Shown here one piece after another: positions 58,753 through 64,000 of a stretch of DNA of 64,000 bases (position 1 is its first letter; every line of letters begins with the position of its first letter). A program made the translations under genes and the position numbers. Source of the stretch: Thainema sp. (GTDB lineage Bacteria > Cyanobacteriota > Cyanobacteriia > Phormidesmidales > Phormidesmidaceae); assembly GCA_052168235.1 (NCBI GenBank), contig JBQLZK010000023.1, forward strand, positions 27,739 to 91,738, given 5' to 3'. The notes under the pieces are model-generated. The model made no database searches and was not told the origin of the DNA. It saw only the letters and a program-made list of their open reading frames with translations.

Positions 58753-59388
58753 TTACTTGTTAGGTTGAGGTGTCATCCGTAGGTAGGGCTTCACTTCAGT
58801 TACCCCTTTCGGGAACTTCTGCTTGGCTTCGTCGGTTGGAATAGTGGGGACAACAACGCAGTCGTCTCCATCTTTCCAGTTAGCGGGAGTAGCAACACTA
58901 TAGTTATCAGTCAGTTGCAGCGCATCAATCACCCGCAGAATTTCATCAAAGTTCCGTCCAGTTGCAGGTGGATAGGTCAGAGAAAGACGCAGTTTCTTCT
59001 GAGGATCAACGATGAAGACCGACCGCACCGTCACTTTCGCGTTGGCGTTAGGGTGAATCATCTCATACAGGTCAGACACCTTCTTGTCAGCGTCAGCCAA
59101 GATGGGATAGTTGATTGGGGTGCCTTGAGTTTCCTCAATATCCTTAATCCAGCCCATGTGAGAGTCAACATCGTCAACGCTGAGTGCAATGACCTTAACG
59201 TTGCGCTTATCAAATTCTGGCTTCAGCTTGGCAACCATACCGAGTTCGGTGGTGCAAACTGGCGTATAGTCTGCGGGGTGGGAGAATAGCACAACCCAGC
59301 TATCTCCAATCCACTCATGGAAGGAAATTTTACCTTCACTTGACTCTTGTTCAAAATCTGGGACGACATCCCCTAGTAACAGCGACAT
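58753..59388 (-). CDS. 1-Cys peroxiredoxin (Prx6)
   Basis: FSHPADYTPVCTTELG, GRNFDEILRVID and PYLR.T. Confidence 0.95.
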   Translation of the reverse strand: MSLLLGDVVPDFEQESSEGKISFHEWIGDSWVVLFSHPADYTPVCTTELGMVAKLKPEFDKRNVKVIALSVDDVDSHMGWIKDIEETQGTPINYPILADADKKVSDLYEMIHPNANAKVTVRSVFIVDPQKKLRLSLTYPPATGRNFDEILRVIDALQLTDNYSVATPANWKDGDDCVVVPTIPTDEAKQKFPKGVTEVKPYLRMTPQPNK

Positions 59389-59884
59389 AACACAATTCCC
59401 CGTTTAAACATCACAACAAAATTCAGTTGTCTTTCAATCCTGCCACAAAACCCCGGTTTTCCGGTCGGAGTTTAGATCTTTTTACGGTTGTTCTTCAGCA
59501 AATGTGCGATCGCACCTCAGCCGCAACCCGATCAATGCCCTGTCAGAAAAGGGTTCTCAGCATCTTCGCTTGGTCAGAAGGCACTGAGTAGCAGGATGAA
59601 TTAATCTCCATCTTGAAACCGGGGATTTAATCTAACCTGAGAAGCGGATTAGTTTTATGAGAAACGGATTAATTTCACCGTTGTCTGTATCCTGCTCGTG
59701 TACTCCTCTCTGAGAGCTGCTGGAAAACAAACCCAAAGTGAACGTTATTGTATGAGATCGCAATTGTATGAGATTGCATCTAACGATAAGACAAACCCTG
59801 AGATTTCCTTAAGCTCTTAGGAGGAATTGCCCAAGCTGAGTTTGGATTAACATGATTAGTTGACTGTACTAGATTACTTGGTTT

Positions 59885-60175
59885 ATGCTGCCGCTTATTC
59901 ATCAGGTTGCGAATGGCTTATTTGACGGCTTACGCACCATTTTGGGGCCGATGGGATTTGTTGTTGGGACTGGACTGATTGGCCTGATGGCGTGGAATTT
60001 GCTTTCCGTGACTCGCGATACGGTTGCGATCGCAAAGCAAATGCACGAAATCCCCTGCCCAAACTGCCAGTATTACACGGGGGATCATCGACTCAAGTGC
60101 CCTATCCATCCCACCAAGGCCGCCTCTGAACAAGCGATTCACTGTCAGGATTATCAACCACTGCCGAGGATTTAG
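59885..60175 (+). CDS. Small membrane protein with a Cys-rich C-terminus
   Basis: TM helix, then HEIPC..CQY.TG..RLKC..HP......AI.C.DY. Confidence 0.7.
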   Translation: MLPLIHQVANGLFDGLRTILGPMGFVVGTGLIGLMAWNLLSVTRDTVAIAKQMHEIPCPNCQYYTGDHRLKCPIHPTKAASEQAIHCQDYQPLPRI

Positions 60176-60177
60176 GC

Positions 60178-61683
60178 GTGCTGTCCACCAAGCTCCATCG
60201 CTGGGCAATTCCGTGGTTCGGGGTGGCATTACTCGGTATATGGCTGATGGCGCTGACGCTGCGCTTTTGGGGATTGGGTCGCTTCAACGACCTGGTGTTT
60301 GACGAAATTTATTTTGCCAAATTTGCTCATCATTATCTGACGCAAACGCCCTTTTTTGATGCCCATCCGCCGCTGGGCAAATATCTAATTGCGATCGCAA
60401 TTTGGTTAGGCCAGTATTTTCCCGGTATTGAGCAGGCTCCGTCCCATGATTTAGCTGGATTCACGCTCACGCCGATCAGCTATCGCTGGCTGAATGCCCT
60501 GAGCGGCTCGTTCATTCCGCTAATCGTGGCTGGTATCGCCTATCAGTTAAATGCTCACGCGCCCAATCGTCAGCTCTACAGCGTTGTCGCAGGTGGGCTA
60601 GCCACTCTAGATGGCCTACTGCTGGTGGAGTCGCGCTATGCCTTGTTAAATGTCTATCTCCTTTTATTTGGCCTGTTCAGCCACTGGTGCATGTTGCGAT
60701 CGCTAACGGTTCAGCAATCCAACCGATGGCTTTGGCAAGTGGCGACTGGAGTTAGCCTGGGATGTGCGATCGCAGTTAAGTGGAACGGCTTAGGATTTTG
60801 GCTTGGTCTAGTCGTGCTGTGGTCATTTGCCAAACTCAGCCACTGGTTGCGCTCAGAAGATTCTCCCGTCCAGCGCTCTATCTTGCCTCGATTAGGGGAC
60901 TATTCGGCTCAAGCCGTCGCTGTGTACTGGATTGCGCTGCCAATTATCATGTACAGCTTGCTCTGGATTCCCCACTTGCAGTTCAACCCACGTAGCTTTT
61001 GGCTGCTACATCAGGAAATGCTGGGCTATCACCAGCGAGTTGGCGGCGGCAGCGAAACTCATCCGTACTGCTCGACCTGGTTTACTTGGCCGCTGATGCT
61101 GCGTCCCGTCGCCTATTTCTACCAGTCGTTTACCGCTGGCGAACCAGTGCCAACTTGGGCAGAGGGGCTTGACTTAAACTCAGCCATCCTGCAGTCCCCG
61201 AATATCATCCGTACGATTGCCTTTGATGTCCATGCGATAGGCAACCCGCTGCTGTGGTGGTTTTCAACCGTGGCGATGCTGCAACTGGTGCTTCGACTGG
61301 GCCAAATCTTTGGTCGCTGGCTGATGATGATGCCAAGGGTAAACTATCCGATTGGCTTTTTCGATACCGACATTAACAGCATCACCACGTGGACCAGTGG
61401 ATATTTATTGGTTAACTACATGGCCAACTGGCTACCTTGGGCTTTGGTTAGCCGCTGTCTCTTTCTCTATCACTATATGGCGGCTGCTATTTTCGCGCTG
61501 TTGGCCATTTCAGAGGTGATCACGCGCTGGCTATTGAGCCGCTATCAGGCTCGCCGGCTGGCTGGCCTAGTGTTAATCGTGGGAGTTGCGATCGCATTTT
61601 TATTCTGGCTTCCCCTCTATCTCGGCTTACCCCTATCACCAGACGCCCTCCAACAGCGCTGGTGGCTCAAATCCTGGATCTAG
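60178..61683 (+). CDS. Dolichyl-phosphate-mannose protein mannosyltransferase (PMT/GT39-like)
   Basis: FDEIYF, D.HPPLGK, ESR..L, KW.G, HPY.S.W..WP and FLYHY. Confidence 0.88.
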   Translation: MLSTKLHRWAIPWFGVALLGIWLMALTLRFWGLGRFNDLVFDEIYFAKFAHHYLTQTPFFDAHPPLGKYLIAIAIWLGQYFPGIEQAPSHDLAGFTLTPISYRWLNALSGSFIPLIVAGIAYQLNAHAPNRQLYSVVAGGLATLDGLLLVESRYALLNVYLLLFGLFSHWCMLRSLTVQQSNRWLWQVATGVSLGCAIAVKWNGLGFWLGLVVLWSFAKLSHWLRSEDSPVQRSILPRLGDYSAQAVAVYWIALPIIMYSLLWIPHLQFNPRSFWLLHQEMLGYHQRVGGGSETHPYCSTWFTWPLMLRPVAYFYQSFTAGEPVPTWAEGLDLNSAILQSPNIIRTIAFDVHAIGNPLLWWFSTVAMLQLVLRLGQIFGRWLMMMPRVNYPIGFFDTDINSITTWTSGYLLVNYMANWLPWALVSRCLFLYHYMAAAIFALLAISEVITRWLLSRYQARRLAGLVLIVGVAIAFLFWLPLYLGLPLSPDALQQRWWLKSWI

Positions 61684-61699
61684 TACGGCAAACTTTAAG

Positions 61700-61746
61700 T
61701 TGATTATGAACAGGCCACCCCAGCGGGGTGGCCTGTTCATAATCAA
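61700..61746. terminator. Long hairpin after the PMT gene
   Basis: ttgattatgaacaggccacccc agc ggggtggcctgttcataatcaa. Confidence 0.6.
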
Positions 61747-61890
61747 CCCTGTTCATGATCAACTTAGTTTACTAGCTATTCAATAGAGCTACAGAGCTAT
61801 AGATTTACAAAATACACTGATGCTGCTGCAGATTGAAAAGAGTTCGATATACTGGCAAGCACAAATTTCTAGCACGATCTCAAACTCCGC

Positions 61891-62649
61891 TTGCAGATCG
61901 TCGCCTCTTCCAGCCAACCCACATTCAGTCGAAACTTACGATACGGCCAAAGGCCAGCGCTTACTATGAGAATCAATTCAGCCGTTGTTTTTACTTTCAT
62001 TTTGCTCTCTCTCATGATTGGAGCCGGAGTTGTTAGTTCAGCATGGGGCTATCGGCTTGGTCGCGAAGCGCTAAAAGGCATTACCCAACCGGATACACGC
62101 CCGACCAACAACATGGCGCGACGGAACAGTAACGGTGAAGGAACCCTCGTTTTCTTAAAAGAAAGTGACATTTTGGCCGAAGTTCAAGCCCGCATGGAAG
62201 GCAGGACTGGCCCAATTACGGCTCAGCGCCAGCAGCAGGCTCAACAGCAGCAGCAAGCCGCAGCTCCAGTCGCAGCAGATGAGAGCGCTCCGGCTAATTC
62301 CGATCAGTTCCCTATCAAAGCGGAAGACCGAGGCGTTACCTTTGAGGTTCAGGATGTGCGGCGGCAGGGAGCCACGCTCATTCTCGATGTCAAAATGCAG
62401 AATACAGGCGTGGAACCCTTTGAATTCCTGTATAGCTTCATGAACGTCACCGACGAAAACGGCCAGTCTCTCAGCGTCAGTACTGAAGGGTTGCCGACTG
62501 AAATTGAACCTGAAAGCCCTGTCTTTGCTGGTGAGGTGCGCGTTCCTGCCGACCTCTTGCAAACGTCCAAGTCTTTATCACTCACGCTGACCGACTATCC
62601 CGATCAACGACTACGCCTACAGCTCGACAACATTCCAGTTGCGCAATAG
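61891..62649 (+). CDS. Hypothetical single-TM protein (probable start at MRINS)
   Basis: TM, GREALKGITQP and an Ig-like C-terminus with FLYSF and L.LTDYP. Confidence 0.65.
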   Translation: MQIVASSSQPTFSRNLRYGQRPALTMRINSAVVFTFILLSLMIGAGVVSSAWGYRLGREALKGITQPDTRPTNNMARRNSNGEGTLVFLKESDILAEVQARMEGRTGPITAQRQQQAQQQQQAAAPVAADESAPANSDQFPIKAEDRGVTFEVQDVRRQGATLILDVKMQNTGVEPFEFLYSFMNVTDENGQSLSVSTEGLPTEIEPESPVFAGEVRVPADLLQTSKSLSLTLTDYPDQRLRLQLDNIPVAQ

Positions 62650-62691
62650 CCATTCACCCTGTTAGCCCAACCTACGATAATTTTTTGCCCT

Positions 62692-63921
62692 GTGGACGTT
62701 CGTCGTTTTATTCCCTTTCTCGATCCTGCCGTCAAAACCTGGTCATTTGAAGCGAGGCTCTTGCAGTGGCTGACCTTTCTCTGGCTTTCGGTGGGACTGA
62801 TCGTTCTCTTTTCTGCCTCATATCCGATCGCAGATGCCGACTTTGGCGATGGCCTGTACTACGTCAAACGCCAGCTGGTCTGGGTCGCCATTGGCATGGT
62901 TGGTTTTGGCTTAATTGTGCGCACGTCTGTGCGATACCTAATGGGCATTGCGGGCATTGGCCTGATTATTTGCCTGTGCATGATTGTTGCCACTTTGCTA
63001 CCGGGTTCTGGTACGACGGTGAATGGAGCCACGCGCTGGTTATCTCTCGGTAAGTTCCTGGTTCAGCCATCCGAGCTGATTAAACCCTTCTTGATTTTGC
63101 AGGGAGCCTACGTATTCGGGAAATGGCATCGTCTCACGCCGCTGGTGCGGGGTTTTTGGCTCAGCCTATTTGCACTGACCCTCGGCTGCATTTTGCTACA
63201 GCCCAATCTCAGTACCGCAGCCCTTTGCGGTATGCTGCTCTGGCTGATTGCTCTAGCAGCTGATATTCCCTACTTGTACCTAGCCGGAACTGCGATCGCA
63301 GGTTTAATGCTAGCAATAATCAGCATTGGCAGTAATGAATATCAGCGGAAACGGGTCACATCGTTCCTCAATCCCTGGGCCGATCCGCGCCAAGACGGCT
63401 ATCAGCTTGTGCAAAGTTTGCTTGCTGTCGGCTCTGGCCGCATTTGGGGCACTGGCTTTGGCCTGTCGCAGCAGAAGCTGTTTTATCTGCCGATTCAATA
63501 CACAGACTTCATCTTTGCTGTATTTGCGGAAGAATTTGGTCTAGTGGGCTGTGCGCTACTGCTCCTCATGCTGGTGGCTTACGCCACTGTCGCCTTAAGA
63601 GTTGCGCTCAAATCCCAGCAGCAGGTCTACCGCTTGATTGCAATGGGCTGCACGGTTCTACTCGTAGGACAAGCGTTCCTAAACATCGGTGTCGCGACTG
63701 GCGCATTGCCCACAACGGGCTTACCCTTTCCCCTGTTTAGCTACGGCGGCAACTCAGTTCTGGCGAGTTTGATTACAGCGGCTCTGCTCGTGCGAGTGGC
63801 ACGTGAAAGTAACGAAGCTGATGTTGTTTCAATTACTACTCGCCGCCCTCGCCGTAGCCGAGAAGAACGCCGCTCAGCCGTCAAGGATGCCCTAAATGAA
63901 CCTTCACCCTGGGCTCGCTAA
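62692..63921 (+). CDS. ftsW: FtsW/RodA (SEDS) peptidoglycan polymerase
   Basis: NGATRW, QPSE..K, LQPN, YQL.QS..A.GSG, LP.QYTDFIF, PTTG.P.P..SYGG. Confidence 0.92.
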   Translation: MDVRRFIPFLDPAVKTWSFEARLLQWLTFLWLSVGLIVLFSASYPIADADFGDGLYYVKRQLVWVAIGMVGFGLIVRTSVRYLMGIAGIGLIICLCMIVATLLPGSGTTVNGATRWLSLGKFLVQPSELIKPFLILQGAYVFGKWHRLTPLVRGFWLSLFALTLGCILLQPNLSTAALCGMLLWLIALAADIPYLYLAGTAIAGLMLAIISIGSNEYQRKRVTSFLNPWADPRQDGYQLVQSLLAVGSGRIWGTGFGLSQQKLFYLPIQYTDFIFAVFAEEFGLVGCALLLLMLVAYATVALRVALKSQQQVYRLIAMGCTVLLVGQAFLNIGVATGALPTTGLPFPLFSYGGNSVLASLITAALLVRVARESNEADVVSITTRRPRRSREERRSAVKDALNEPSPWAR

Positions 63922-64000
63922 TCGTCGTTATTCCTAGTTTTCGCTTAAATCACAGCATCCCAACCTGCACCAGCCGAAGCCACAATAGAATTACCCGTCT

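Overview
This is a cyanobacterial chromosomal window. The evidence is very frequent HIP1 octamers (GCGATCGC, mostly as TGCGATCGCA), plus psb30, gun4, crtE, an nblR-like regulator, COP23 and a cyanobacteriochrome GAF. Most of it is core or semi-core genes: pyrD, malic enzyme, tyrA, crtE, folD, rplY, purA, msrA, sucCD, 1-Cys peroxiredoxin, ftsW and several sensor kinases. The standout is a six-gene cluster at 3584-8244. It encodes a tail-anchored tandem di-globin, two exported multiheme c cytochromes (4 CXXCH + 1 CX4CH, and 6 CXXCH), a Tll0287/DUF3365-like monoheme lipoprotein, a 4-His diheme-b-like membrane protein and a membrane thioredoxin. Its upstream region matches a nirA-type promoter (class II NtcA box, -10, and NtcB-type LysR motifs at about -70 and -93). 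The cluster is divergent from a NirB-like HEAT-repeat gene but contains no nirA. This suggests an undescribed nitrogen-regulated NO/nitrite redox module; the function is inference. I also found an unannotated psb30, a Yfr2-like sRNA whose 5' end is complementary to the next gene's leader, a second sRNA candidate, a pentapeptide-pilin fusion, and several families of short palindromic MITE/REP-like elements, one with compensatory stem changes. I saw no tRNA, rRNA, transposase or CRISPR array. All family calls come from motif recognition by eye; no database searches were run.
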